Numbered from the stretch's first letter, positions 44,266 through 53,967 are shown. The stretch: DNA of 64,000 nucleotides from Bacillota bacterium (GCA_030054835.1 JASGVS010000028.1:1032-65031), one strand, 5' to 3'. Translations and numbers: made by a program. Notes: a model not told the origin generated them from the letters alone.

Positions 44266-44928
44266 ATGAGATCGCACTTTGATGCACAGCTGGCAAAGCT
44301 GAACAATGAAATGATACAGATGGGGGCTTTGGTGGAGGCGGCCATTGCCGGTGTGACGGAGGCCCTGCTTAAACAGGATGTTGCCGAAGCGGAACGGGTA
44401 ATTAGGCTCGAACAGGAAATTGATGATAAGGAGAAGGACATTGAAGCCCACTGCCTGAAGCTGTTAGTGCAGCAGCAGCCGGTGGCCAGGGACCTGCGCC
44501 AGATATCTACTGCCCTGAAGATGATTACCGATCTGGAGAGAATCGGCGATCAGACGATGGATATTTCGGAGCTGGCCATCCTTCTCAGTGACACCTCTTA
44601 CATCAAGCGGTTGGAGCACATTGCCCAAATGGCGGAAGAAACAGGTCGCATGGTGACAGGGGCCATTGATGCCTTTGTGGAAAAGGACCTCTCCAGGGTG
44701 CAGTCGGTAATTGCCGCCGATGATATTGTGGATGGACTTTTCGATACGGTGAAGGAGGACCTGATTCAGTTAATCCTGGAAGACCCCAAAAACGGCAGCC
44801 AGGCTTTGGATCTTTTGATGATTGCCAAATACCTGGAGCGCATCGGCGACCACGCCGAAAACATCGCAGAATGGGTGGAATACTCAATAACAGGTCATCA
44901 CCGGCGTGACCCAAACTTACCGAAGTAG
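44266..44928 (+). CDS. phoU: Phosphate signalling complex protein PhoU
   Basis: About 220 aa. Two PhoU repeats with (E/D)xxxD motifs (LERIGDQTMDI, LERIGDHAENI). ATG 44266 with SD AGGGGGA. Confidence 0.9.
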   Translation: MRSHFDAQLAKLNNEMIQMGALVEAAIAGVTEALLKQDVAEAERVIRLEQEIDDKEKDIEAHCLKLLVQQQPVARDLRQISTALKMITDLERIGDQTMDISELAILLSDTSYIKRLEHIAQMAEETGRMVTGAIDAFVEKDLSRVQSVIAADDIVDGLFDTVKEDLIQLILEDPKNGSQALDLLMIAKYLERIGDHAENIAEWVEYSITGHHRRDPNLPK

Positions 44929-44936
44929 GTGATGGT

Positions 44937-45626
44937 ATGAGCACAGTGTTTTATGTGGAAGATGATCAGGCCATTCGGGACTCCGTTTTGTACGCCTTAA
45001 CAGCGACGGGCTTTACCGCGGAAGGATTTGAAGACGGGGAGTCCTTTTACGCTAGGCTGGAGGAAGCACTCCCCGATTTGGTGCTGTTGGACATCATGCT
45101 GCCCGGGGAAGACGGGCTCCAAATCCTACGGCGCCTGCGCAGCAAGGAGCGGACTAGAAAAATCCCAGTGATAATGCTGACGGCCAAAGGGGCCGAATTC
45201 GAGAAGGTGATTGGCCTGGACAGCGGTGCAGATGATTACATCGCCAAACCCTTTGGCGTAATGGAGCTTATTTCCCGTATTAACGCGGTTCTGCGCAGGA
45301 CTGCCCATGATGTGGAAGAGGACCTTGATCAAATCACCGTCGGTGGTCTCACCATCGATCGCCTGAAACGCAGTGTGTTGGCTGAAGGTAAATCGGTCGA
45401 ATTCACTCTCAAGGAGTTTGAAGTACTTTATCTGTTCATGAGCAATGTTGACCGGGTTTTTACCCGGGATGAACTGCTCGATCAGGTCTGGGGTTATGAC
45501 TTTCAAGGTGAAACGAGAACGGTTGATGTGCATATTGGGACAATCCGCCAGAAGCTGGGTGATCTAGGGAAGATGATCAAAACGGTTCGAGGTGTTGGGT
45601 ACAAGCTGTCCAGCGAAGGGGAATAA
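44937..45626 (+). CDS. phoP: OmpR/PhoB-family response regulator (Pho regulon)
   Basis: Receiver domain (DLVLLDIMLPGEDG, KP) plus winged-helix output (RTVDVHIGTIRQKL). Context between phoU and phoR. Confidence 0.85.
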   Translation: MSTVFYVEDDQAIRDSVLYALTATGFTAEGFEDGESFYARLEEALPDLVLLDIMLPGEDGLQILRRLRSKERTRKIPVIMLTAKGAEFEKVIGLDSGADDYIAKPFGVMELISRINAVLRRTAHDVEEDLDQITVGGLTIDRLKRSVLAEGKSVEFTLKEFEVLYLFMSNVDRVFTRDELLDQVWGYDFQGETRTVDVHIGTIRQKLGDLGKMIKTVRGVGYKLSSEGE

Positions 45627-45628
45627 AA

Positions 45629-47320
45629 ATGGGACGCCTAATTCTGCGAAAGACTATTATCGTGAGCCTGATTGCGGTCCTGATTACTGCGGTCTTCACG
45701 GTAGCCGCAATGCACTATATTATCAACGACAACACGCGGCAGGAGCTGCGGGAAGGGGCAGCCTTTATCTTGGGCCTGCTTGCAGAAGGACGCAGTCTGG
45801 ATGAACTGCTTTCCTCTTCAGCGGTTGAGGCCGGGCCCCTGCGCCTTACCCTGATCGCCGGGGATGGACAAGTCCTCTTTGACAACCGGGCTGTGGCTCA
45901 GGAAATGGAGAACCACTTGGCCAGGAGAGAAGTGCAGCTTGCTTTGGCAGATGGGGTTGGAGAAGGTTACCGCCTTTCCAAGACCCTTTCTGAGGTCACC
46001 TTTTATCATGCCGTTCTCTGGGAAGACGGAACAGTACTGCGCTTTGCCAAGACAACCGAAAGTCCCATTTATACCCTTTATCGCTTAGTGTCCCTCGTAG
46101 GTATCATAATCGTGGCGGCGGTGGTGATTGCTTCTTTCTTTGCCGATGGGATGGTGAAAAGCATTGTGACGCCCATCAACAACCTCAACCTTGAGGAGCC
46201 TTTGTCTAACGAGACCTACGAGGAGTTAGTCCCCCTCCTTCGGCGGATCGACCGGCAGCGAGAAGTGATCGCGCAGCAGCTGGCGGAGCGGGAACACAGA
46301 CAGGAAGAGTTTCAGACCATAACCGAGTATATGTCTGAAGGACTGCTCATTTTGGACAGCGAGGCCCACGTGGTGACGGTAAACCCCAGTGCTCTCTATA
46401 TTTTAAAGCCCGATGCCGGTTCGTCCCGTGACTATATAGGCAGGAGCGTGTGGCAGCTTACCCGCGACCTTTCGCTGCAAGAAGCGATTCAGCAGGGTCT
46501 GGGGGGCGAGAAAAGCGAAATCGTACTGGCCATGGAAGAGCGGCGCTACCAGGTGTTCGTAAACCCCGTCTTCAGGACGGAAGAGTCAGAAGGTGTGAAT
46601 GGCTTAGTCCTCCTGTTCTGGGATATTACACAGAAATACGCGGCGGAGCAGATGCGGAAAGAATTCTCCGCCAACGTCTCCCATGAGTTAAAGACGCCCC
46701 TAACTGCCATTTCCAATTACGCCGAGCTGCTGAAAAACGACATGGTGAAACCTGAAGATAGGCAGCGGTTTGTGGAGCGCATCTACGCAGAAACGCAGCG
46801 GATGATCGCGTTGGTGGAAGATATTCTCAAGGTCTCCCGCCTCGATGAAAAGGTGGAGCTCCATCCGAAAGAAGATGTTGATCTCTTAGAACTGGCCAGA
46901 ACGGTGGCAGACCTTCTAGAACCTCTTGCGGAAAGGGGCGGAGTAACCATTTCCGTTACGGGAGAGTCAGTTTCCATTTATGGGGATCGGGCCATTCTCT
47001 TTGACATGCTCTATAACCTCTGCCATAACGGTATTAGATACAGCCGGGGACCAGGGGGTCAAGTGGAGATTCGCTGCAGGAGAGAGGGGGAACGGGCGGT
47101 GCTGGAAGTGGCCGATAACGGTATCGGCATCCCCCGGGAACACCAGCCAAGGATCTTTGAACGATTCTACCGCGTTGATAAAAGCCACGCCAAGAGGACA
47201 GGCGGGACCGGGCTTGGGCTGGCGATTGTCAAGCATGGAGCAGGCTACCACAACGGGGAAATCCGACTGTCAAGTGCTGAAAACAAAGGTACCACAATCA
47301 CCCTGGTTTTCCCAATGTAA
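45629..47320 (+). CDS. phoR: PhoR-type sensor histidine kinase
   Basis: Two TM segments, a PAS-like region, H-box SHELKTPLT, N/G boxes DNGIGIP and GGTGLGLAIVK. Confidence 0.85.
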   Translation: MGRLILRKTIIVSLIAVLITAVFTVAAMHYIINDNTRQELREGAAFILGLLAEGRSLDELLSSSAVEAGPLRLTLIAGDGQVLFDNRAVAQEMENHLARREVQLALADGVGEGYRLSKTLSEVTFYHAVLWEDGTVLRFAKTTESPIYTLYRLVSLVGIIIVAAVVIASFFADGMVKSIVTPINNLNLEEPLSNETYEELVPLLRRIDRQREVIAQQLAEREHRQEEFQTITEYMSEGLLILDSEAHVVTVNPSALYILKPDAGSSRDYIGRSVWQLTRDLSLQEAIQQGLGGEKSEIVLAMEERRYQVFVNPVFRTEESEGVNGLVLLFWDITQKYAAEQMRKEFSANVSHELKTPLTAISNYAELLKNDMVKPEDRQRFVERIYAETQRMIALVEDILKVSRLDEKVELHPKEDVDLLELARTVADLLEPLAERGGVTISVTGESVSIYGDRAILFDMLYNLCHNGIRYSRGPGGQVEIRCRREGERAVLEVADNGIGIPREHQPRIFERFYRVDKSHAKRTGGTGLGLAIVKHGAGYHNGEIRLSSAENKGTTITLVFPM

Positions 47321-47341
47321 GGGTGCTGTAACAGTTAGATT

Positions 47342-47371
47342 GGGGCAGTTCAACGGAACTGCCCCTTTTTT
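47342..47371 (+). terminator. Rho-independent terminator after phoR
   Basis: GGGGCAGTT-CAACGG-AACTGCCCC followed by TTTTTT. Confidence 0.85.
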
Positions 47372-47384
47372 ATACCCGTTCTTC

Positions 47385-47442
47385 CACTTTACCTAGACTT
47401 GATAATGGGCAGATAGTGTACTTTACAGAGCTCCCTTAGAAT
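47385..47442 (+). promoter_or_regulatory. Pho-box promoter for pstSCAB (paralogous to the 43380 module)
   Basis: TTTACC(47388) / TTGATA(47399) / CAGATA(47410) / TTTACA(47422), same 11-11-12 phasing, then GCTCCC and TAGAAT. Confidence 0.6.
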
Positions 47443-47483
47443 TGGAAGTGAAAGCAAAATCGCAAATATGAGGAGGTACCCAC

Positions 47484-48524
47484 ATGGGTAAAAGAAGTTT
47501 GGTTGTTGCTTTAGTTTTGATGTTGACCTTGAGTACAGCAGGTACAGCCTTGGCGAACCTGCAGATCAATGGAGCCGGGGCATCGTTCCCGTTCCCAATT
47601 TATTCCCGTTGGTTTGATGAGTATCGCCAGATCGACCCAGCGGTACAGATTAACTATCAATCCATCGGCAGCGGCGGTGGAATCAGCCAGATTACTGCCC
47701 GCACGGTAGATTTTGGTGCAACAGATGGTCCCATGACCGATGAAGCTTTGGCTGAGTTGGATCGCAAACTGCTGCACATTCCCACTGTTATTGGTGCAGT
47801 ATCGGTTGTGTACAACATTCCGGGAGTGGATTCGGGTTTGAAATTGACAGGTGACATTCTAGCCGACATTTACCTCGGTGAAATCACCAACTGGAACGAT
47901 GCCCGTATTGCAGAAATAAACTCGGATATCGTTCTGCCGCATCTGTCCATTGCAGTGGCCAGAAGGTCAGACGGCAGCGGTACCACTTTTACCTTCAGCG
48001 ACTATTTAAGCAGTGTCAGTGAAACTTGGAAAAACAGAGTGGGTGCAGGTAACGCCCTAAGGTGGCCCGTTGGCCTAGGTGCCAAGGGTAACGAAGGTGT
48101 GGCAGGACTGGTCCGCCAACTGCCCGGTGCAATTGGTTATGTTGAGCAGGCTTACGCTGAACAGAACAACCTGTCCCAGGCTGCCCTACAGAACAAGGCA
48201 GGCAACTACATTATGCCATCATTGGAAGGCGCTAGCTTGGCAGCTGCCGGTGTGGACATGCCCAGTGACTTCCGGGTTTCCATTGTTAACGCCGCAGGTG
48301 AACAGGCCTACCCCATCGCTACCTTTACCTGGCTCTTGGTTTACGAAAACGCCTTCGACGAGGCTGTTGGTGGCAAGCTGGCAGAGTTCCTCCTCTGGGC
48401 AGTAACGGAAGGTGCTCCGTATGCAGAAGAACTGCACTACGCACCCTTACCGGCGGAAGTAGCAGAAATGGTGAAGGATACTCTTAAACAGCTTCATTTC
48501 AACGGCACACCGTTCTTACAGTAG
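47484..48524 (+). CDS. pstS: Phosphate ABC transporter substrate-binding protein
   Basis: 346 aa with a signal peptide. NGAGASFPFPIY and GSGGG motifs of PstS. Confidence 0.9.
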   Translation: MGKRSLVVALVLMLTLSTAGTALANLQINGAGASFPFPIYSRWFDEYRQIDPAVQINYQSIGSGGGISQITARTVDFGATDGPMTDEALAELDRKLLHIPTVIGAVSVVYNIPGVDSGLKLTGDILADIYLGEITNWNDARIAEINSDIVLPHLSIAVARRSDGSGTTFTFSDYLSSVSETWKNRVGAGNALRWPVGLGAKGNEGVAGLVRQLPGAIGYVEQAYAEQNNLSQAALQNKAGNYIMPSLEGASLAAAGVDMPSDFRVSIVNAAGEQAYPIATFTWLLVYENAFDEAVGGKLAEFLLWAVTEGAPYAEELHYAPLPAEVAEMVKDTLKQLHFNGTPFLQ

Positions 48525-48559
48525 ATAGAAGTACAACGTAACAAACAGAGGGGACAGCT

Positions 48560-49558
48560 ATGATGCAACAACTGCACAAGGGCCACCTGGGGAGAGATTC
48601 CTCCCCCGGGGCCCAGGGCGAACACAAACAGGATAAGAGAATGTTGGCGGCTACCATCCAGGATCGGGCCTTCAAACACATTTCCCTTTTGGCAGCCTTA
48701 GCCGTTTTAGCCTTGGTGGTAGTTATTGTCTACCAGTTGACCACAAATGCCTGGGAGGCAATCAGCCGTTATCGCTTGGGTTTTGTGCTCAGCAGTGTTT
48801 GGGATCCGGTCTTCCATGACTACGGTGCCCTGCCCTTCGTTTTCGGTACCGTGGTATCATCGCTCTTGGCTCTGCTAATCGCAGTTCCGCTGAGCTTGGG
48901 GGTGGCCATTTTCCTGTCTGAGATTGCCACCGCCAAACTGCGGCGTCCCATCATCTTTTTGGTGGAGGTTCTGGCCTCCATTCCCAGCGTTATCTACGGC
49001 CTATGGGGCATTTTCGTCTTGGTGCCGCTGGTCCGGCAGAGCCAGCCGTTTTTCCAGAGATGGTTCGGTTTTCTGCCCATCTTCCAAGGCCCGCCCTTTG
49101 GTTACAGCCTGCTGGCAGCCGCTATTATTCTCGCCATCATGATTATTCCTACTATCACCAGTTTGAGCAGGGATGCCTTGGCGGCTGTGCCCAATCACCA
49201 GAGGGAAGCAAGCTACGCCCTGGGAGCCAGCCATTGGGAGACGATCAAAAACGTAGTGCTGCCCTACAACAAGTCGGGGATTATTGCAGCGGTGATGCTC
49301 GGATTGGGCAGGGCGTTAGGGGAAACGATGGCGGTGACCATGGTAATCGGTAACATGCCCCAGATCAGTGCATCCCTTTTTATGCCGGCCCAAACCATGG
49401 CCAGCTTGATCGCAAATGAATTTGGTGAGGCAGTGTCGCCCCTTCACGTAAGTGCACTGATGGAAATTGGCTTGCTGTTGTTCCTTGTCACACTGTTGAT
49501 TAACGTCTTAGCCAAGTTCTTAACCACTCGGACAAAGCATAAGGGGGTGCAGAAATAA
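48560..49558 (+). CDS. pstC: Phosphate ABC transporter permease PstC
   Basis: Polytopic with the EAA-loop region ASYALGASHWETI. Position after pstS. Confidence 0.9.
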   Translation: MMQQLHKGHLGRDSSPGAQGEHKQDKRMLAATIQDRAFKHISLLAALAVLALVVVIVYQLTTNAWEAISRYRLGFVLSSVWDPVFHDYGALPFVFGTVVSSLLALLIAVPLSLGVAIFLSEIATAKLRRPIIFLVEVLASIPSVIYGLWGIFVLVPLVRQSQPFFQRWFGFLPIFQGPPFGYSLLAAAIILAIMIIPTITSLSRDALAAVPNHQREASYALGASHWETIKNVVLPYNKSGIIAAVMLGLGRALGETMAVTMVIGNMPQISASLFMPAQTMASLIANEFGEAVSPLHVSALMEIGLLLFLVTLLINVLAKFLTTRTKHKGVQK

Positions 49559-50400
49559 TGAACAAGCGTCGCAAGTTAACGGATAAACTGATGACAATTC
49601 TGCCTATTCTGAGCGTACTCATTACCATTCTGCCCCTGATCAGCATTTCCGTTTATCTGGTGTACAAAGGGGTGCAGTACCTGAACGTTCAGTTTCTCAC
49701 GGAGTTGCCCAAACCGGTAGGTCAGCCGGGGGGCGGTATGGCCAACTCTATCGTGGGCAGCGGTATTGTGGTTGGCTTAGCCGGTCTGATTGGGGTCCCA
49801 ATTGCAGTCTTGGCCGGCATCTACCTGGCCGAATATGGCCGCAAAACGAAGCTGGCGGCGGTTGTACGGTTTTTTGCCGATGTGCTGCAAGGTGTTCCGT
49901 CGATTGTAATCGGTATCGTGGCTTACGCCGTTGTGGTCATTCCCATGGGCAGTTTTTCCGCTGTTGCTGGAGCGGCAGCCTTGGCCATGATGCTCATTCC
50001 TTTTCTCACCAGAACGACCGAGGAAGCCCTGTTAACAGTGCCCCAGGACGTGAAGGAGGCGGGTTTGGCCTTAGGCCAACCCCAGTGGCGGGTGGTTTTG
50101 GGTATCGTGCTGCGCAGCGCCAGAGGGCCGATTATGACAGGCGTAATGCTGGGCATCGCCCGTATTGCCGGGGAAACAGCACCCCTCCTGTTTACCGCCC
50201 TCAACAACCGTTTCTGGCACAATGGGTTGAACGGGCCCATCTCCACCTTGACGGTGCAGATCTACAACTACGCCATTTCCCCCTTTACAGACTGGAACGG
50301 TCAAGCTTGGTCCGGTGCACTGGTTTTGGTTCTGCTTGTGACTGGTCTCAATATTCTAGTACGTACACTGGCTCGCTCCCGCTACAGCGAGCGTTCGTAA
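49558..50400 (+). CDS. pstA: Phosphate ABC transporter permease PstA
   Basis: Polytopic with EAGLALGQPQWRVV. TAATG overlap with pstC. Confidence 0.9.
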   Translation: MNKRRKLTDKLMTILPILSVLITILPLISISVYLVYKGVQYLNVQFLTELPKPVGQPGGGMANSIVGSGIVVGLAGLIGVPIAVLAGIYLAEYGRKTKLAAVVRFFADVLQGVPSIVIGIVAYAVVVIPMGSFSAVAGAAALAMMLIPFLTRTTEEALLTVPQDVKEAGLALGQPQWRVVLGIVLRSARGPIMTGVMLGIARIAGETAPLLFTALNNRFWHNGLNGPISTLTVQIYNYAISPFTDWNGQAWSGALVLVLLVTGLNILVRTLARSRYSERS

Positions 50401-50418
50401 GAAATGGAGAGGAATTCT

Positions 50419-51168
50419 ATGGGTATTGCCACTAAGGATCTTTGGGTCTATTACGATGATTTTGCCGCACTAAAATCCATTTCCATGTCCATTGACAGTA
50501 AGGCCATTACCGCCTTGATCGGCCCATCGGGATGCGGGAAATCTACCTTCCTCCGTACTCTGAACCGCATGAATGATTCCATTGATGGTGTAACAGTACA
50601 AGGGGATGTGCTGATTAACGGCAGCAACATTTATGGAGAGGAAATCAACACTATTGCCCTGCGCAAAACGGTGGGTATGGTTTTCCAGAGGCCCAACCCC
50701 TTTCCAATGTCCATAATCGACAACATCACCTGGGCGTTGAAGTTCCATGGAGTGAAGCGGCGGCGGGATAGGGAAGAAATTGCAGCGGAGAGTTTGAAAC
50801 GTGTCGGCCTGTGGGACGAGGTTTCCCACCGCCTGAAGGATCCAGCCTTTGCCCTGTCAGGTGGCCAGCAGCAGCGCCTCTGCATTGCCCGGGCCATTGC
50901 CCTCCAGCCTGAAATTATCCTGATGGATGAGCCCACGTCTGCCCTGGATCCGGTGGCAGCCAGGGTAGTGGAGGAACTGCTCATCTCCCTAAAGGAAGAC
51001 TACACCGTGATTTTGGTTTCCCATAACATGGAGCAGGCGGCCAGGGTGTCCGACTACACCGCCTTTTTTCTCATGGGCGAGCTCATCGAGCACAGCCCAA
51101 CCGACCAGCTGTTTGCCAATCCCAAGGACAATAGAACGGAAGATTATATCACCGGCCGCTTTGGCTAA
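50419..51168 (+). CDS. pstB: Phosphate ABC transporter ATP-binding protein (copy 2)
   Basis: [31 protein letters not shown], ...EDYITGRFG. ATG 50419 is preferred (SD GGAGAGGA). Confidence 0.9.
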   Translation: MGIATKDLWVYYDDFAALKSISMSIDSKAITALIGPSGCGKSTFLRTLNRMNDSIDGVTVQGDVLINGSNIYGEEINTIALRKTVGMVFQRPNPFPMSIIDNITWALKFHGVKRRRDREEIAAESLKRVGLWDEVSHRLKDPAFALSGGQQQRLCIARAIALQPEIILMDEPTSALDPVAARVVEELLISLKEDYTVILVSHNMEQAARVSDYTAFFLMGELIEHSPTDQLFANPKDNRTEDYITGRFG

Positions 51169-51186
51169 AGAACATTAGTTGAGGGA

Positions 51187-51211
51187 CCAGAGGCATCCGC
51201 CTCTGGTTTTT
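51187..51211 (+). terminator. Rho-independent terminator after the pst operon
   Basis: CCAGAGGC-ATCC-GCCTCTGG followed by TTTTT. Confidence 0.85.
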
Positions 51212-51315
51212 CCTATTATCCCTTAGATTTAGGCAAAAATTGTCAGTATGGGAGGTGTTGGTCCACCCCGGGCAGAATCTATAGCAGAAATAACTTGGAA
51301 AGGCGGGGAAGAGTC

Positions 51316-51909
51316 TTGGAGATTAAGATTCGCCCAGAGCAGGTTTCTGAACAGCGGGAAGTGGAAGAGCTTACCCGGGAAGCCTTTTGGAATGTGTATA
51401 TGCCCGGCTGCGATGAGCATTACCTGCTCCACATTCTGCGCACCAGTGAGTGTTTTTTGCCTGAGTTGAACATGGTTGCGGAAGTTGAAGGGAAGATTGT
51501 GGGTCACATTGCTTACACCAAAGCGAAAATCGTACTAAACGACGGTGGAGAAAGGGTTGTAATCGGCTTTGGGCCTCTCTCTGTCTTGCCTGAATATCAA
51601 AGACAGGGTGTGGGCAGTGCCTTAATCAGGCATACACTGGAGCTTGCCAAGGATGCGGGATATGCTGCCGTCCTCATATACGGCAACCCCGCTTACTACC
51701 ACCGCTTCGGTTTTGTACCGGCCCAAAACTTCGGCATCGCTTCAGCCGAAGGCAGTTACGTGGACGCGCTTCAGGCCCTCGAACTGAGAGAAGGGGCACT
51801 GGCAGGCTGCTCCGGTCGACTGATTATTGCGGAAGAGTTTGAGCTAGATCCCAAGGCTGCTGAGCTTTTTGATCAGTCTTTTCCACCCAAGGAGCGAAGA
51901 ACTGATTGA
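51316..51909 (+). CDS. GNAT-family N-acetyltransferase
   Basis: QRQGVGSALIRH acetyl-CoA motif and YYHRFGF. TTG 51316 (SD GGGGAAGAG) is a likelier start than the one the ORF track places at 51295 (which is a TTG codon, not an ATG). Confidence 0.75.
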   Translation: MEIKIRPEQVSEQREVEELTREAFWNVYMPGCDEHYLLHILRTSECFLPELNMVAEVEGKIVGHIAYTKAKIVLNDGGERVVIGFGPLSVLPEYQRQGVGSALIRHTLELAKDAGYAAVLIYGNPAYYHRFGFVPAQNFGIASAEGSYVDALQALELREGALAGCSGRLIIAEEFELDPKAAELFDQSFPPKERRTD

Positions 51910-52021
51910 ACGCGCTTAGTGAAAAGGCTGCTTGGGCAGATAGATGGGGTAAACTGGGAAGAGACCCAGACGCTGAGTTTTCGCTCAGCAAGAAAGATAC
52001 CTAGTTGAGGGAGGGGCAGCA

Positions 52022-52426
52022 GTGAATAAACAAGGTGAAATTATCGGATTAGCACATATCGGAATTCATACGGACAACCTGCAGGAGTCAATAGAGTTTT
52101 ACACGGATGTTTTAGGCTTTACCCTTGATCACACAGCCGACTTACACGGTGGGGGAGTTAGACTGGCATTCCTCAATTTGGGCAGCTGCATTGTTGAACT
52201 GATCAACATCGCAGACAAGAACGTTGCGGCAAGTCGTCAAGCGGGAGTGATTGACCACCTTGCCCTAGGGGTGAAAGACATTTCCTCCTTGGTACAGCGG
52301 CTCGAGGACAGAGGTGTTACCTACGAAACAAAAGAACCCTCGAACATACCAATCAAAAAAGGTGCCAAGAACATCTTCTTCATGGGTCCTAGCGGCGAAA
52401 GGTTGGAGTTCTTTGAGTATTTATAG
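52022..52426 (+). CDS. VOC/glyoxalase-family protein (methylmalonyl-CoA epimerase-like)
   Basis: 134 aa. GLAHIGIHTDNL...IDHLALGV...LEFFEY pattern. GTG start after GAGGGAGGGG. Confidence 0.7.
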   Translation: MNKQGEIIGLAHIGIHTDNLQESIEFYTDVLGFTLDHTADLHGGGVRLAFLNLGSCIVELINIADKNVAASRQAGVIDHLALGVKDISSLVQRLEDRGVTYETKEPSNIPIKKGAKNIFFMGPSGERLEFFEYL

Positions 52427-52538
52427 GTAAGCATTGGAAAAATCCCACCAGAATCCATAAATAACGGAAGGTATTTCTCACCAAAGGGCGAACAAAAAGA
52501 TAAGAATAATCATTAGCAGAAAGAAACGGGGGATTGAC

Positions 52539-52979
52539 GTGGCAAGACGAGTAAGACTAGTTGCTGTTGCATTGGCCCTTTTGATGTTGACTGGTTGCTT
52601 GACCGCATCTGTAGCGATCAGCATTGAACCGAATCCCATTAAGTTCAAGTTCAACGAGACAGAGGCAGATATTACCGTCAAATTCACAACGAAGGGTTTT
52701 CTCAACCTGAAGCTGGATGAGATGTTGGTACAGCTTTTTGAAAACGAGGACGATGAAGAGCCTTTATGGGAAGACACGTTTGAGATAGACTTCAGCTCTG
52801 CCGTTGTTGTACCTGGTGTTAAGCACACCGAAGAAGCTACGGTACAATTACCTGCCGAACTCGTTGAGCTCAATGAGGATCTTTACAATGAGAACCTAAA
52901 AGGGAAAGAGTATACACTGGTGATTACGGTTACCGGTGGGAAGACTGTCACCGATAAAGTGAAAGTGGTCTTCGAATAA
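52539..52979 (+). CDS. Hypothetical lipoprotein
   Basis: Lipobox LLMLTGC near the N-terminus. GTG start after ACGGGGGA. Confidence 0.55.
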   Translation: MARRVRLVAVALALLMLTGCLTASVAISIEPNPIKFKFNETEADITVKFTTKGFLNLKLDEMLVQLFENEDDEEPLWEDTFEIDFSSAVVVPGVKHTEEATVQLPAELVELNEDLYNENLKGKEYTLVITVTGGKTVTDKVKVVFE

Positions 52980-53000
52980 GCAAGGACAATGTTCAATCCG

Positions 53001-53029
53001 GAGCTAGGCGCTGCCTAGCTCTTTTTTTT
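53001..53029 (+). terminator. Rho-independent terminator
   Basis: GAGCTAGGC-GCT-GCCTAGCTC followed by TTTTTTTT. Confidence 0.85.
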
Positions 53030-53046
53030 GTGGATACGAATAGTAG

Positions 53047-53091
53047 TTGTGACCAAATCTTTGTGAAAGAAATTGCAATACGTGGTATAAT
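53047..53091 (+). promoter_or_regulatory. Promoter of the hydrogenase accessory operon with TTGTGA half-sites
   Basis: Extended -10 TGGTATAAT (53083-53091). TTGTGA at 53047 and TTGTGAAAGAAATTGCAA at 53061-53078, overlapping the -35 position. Confidence 0.45.
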
Positions 53092-53150
53092 GGAGCGGGA
53101 TATTAACCCAGCCTGAAAAAGCAGATGTTGGATTTGAAGGGAGAATCCAG

Positions 53151-53510
53151 GTGAAACTGGCTGATATTATACCATTGATCGAACTAGAACCGGTGGTGGT
53201 GATTGATGATCCGGATTATGAAATTGAGACGGTTTGCGGCTGCGACTTAATGAGCGATGTGTTGGCCTTTTCCCAAGAAAAGACCATGCTCCTAACGGGG
53301 TTAACAAATCCACATGTAATCCGCACAGCAGAAATGACCGATCTTAGATTCATTATCTTTGTCCGGGGCAAAAGGCCGCCCCAGGAAACGATCGATTTGG
53401 CCAAGGAAAAGGGGATCAATTTGTACCTGTCACCATTATCCATGTTTGAATGCTGCGGCCGTTTATACAAGGCGGGCTTGGATTCAGAGACGATGCGCAG
53501 CATCGACTAA
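53151..53510 (+). CDS. DRTGG-domain protein
   Basis: 119 aa. MLLTGLTNPHVIRTAEM... pattern typical of small DRTGG proteins found next to [FeFe]-hydrogenase operons. Confidence 0.65.
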   Translation: MKLADIIPLIELEPVVVIDDPDYEIETVCGCDLMSDVLAFSQEKTMLLTGLTNPHVIRTAEMTDLRFIIFVRGKRPPQETIDLAKEKGINLYLSPLSMFECCGRLYKAGLDSETMRSID

Positions 53511-53525
53511 AGGCGGAGGGATGCA

Positions 53526-53948
53526 ATGCGGGAGCAGGTTCTTTTACAAAGCAAAATCGCCCAAGGGGATTTCTCCCGCGGCGGCGAGACGTCCAGCAAC
53601 TTGAAAGAGGCCCTGCGCAAATTGGGCATCAAATCGACCATCAGCCGCCGGGTGACAATTGTGACCTATGAAATGGAGATGAATATTATCATTCACTCCT
53701 TGGGGGGACAAATCACAGTCTATATATCTTCTGAACAAATCAGGGTGGTAGCTGAGGACCTGGGCCCAGGTATTGCCGATGTGGAGCGGGCCCTCCAGCC
53801 AGGTTATTCAACGGCAGATGACTATGTTCGGGCCCTGGGATTTGGTGCCGGGATGGGTCTAAACAACATCAAACACTATTCCGATCATTTTACGATCGAG
53901 ACCGAAGAGGGTAAGGGCACGACGTTTACCGCCATAATCAATTTCTAG
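53526..53948 (+). CDS. Small HATPase_c protein (RsbW/SpoIIAB-like anti-sigma-type Ser kinase fold)
   Basis: 140 aa. N-box EMEMNIIIH, G1 DLGPGI, G2 GFGAGMGL. Confidence 0.7.
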   Translation: MREQVLLQSKIAQGDFSRGGETSSNLKEALRKLGIKSTISRRVTIVTYEMEMNIIIHSLGGQITVYISSEQIRVVAEDLGPGIADVERALQPGYSTADDYVRALGFGAGMGLNNIKHYSDHFTIETEEGKGTTFTAIINF

Positions 53949-53967
53949 TTTCCGCGACCGCCAAGGG

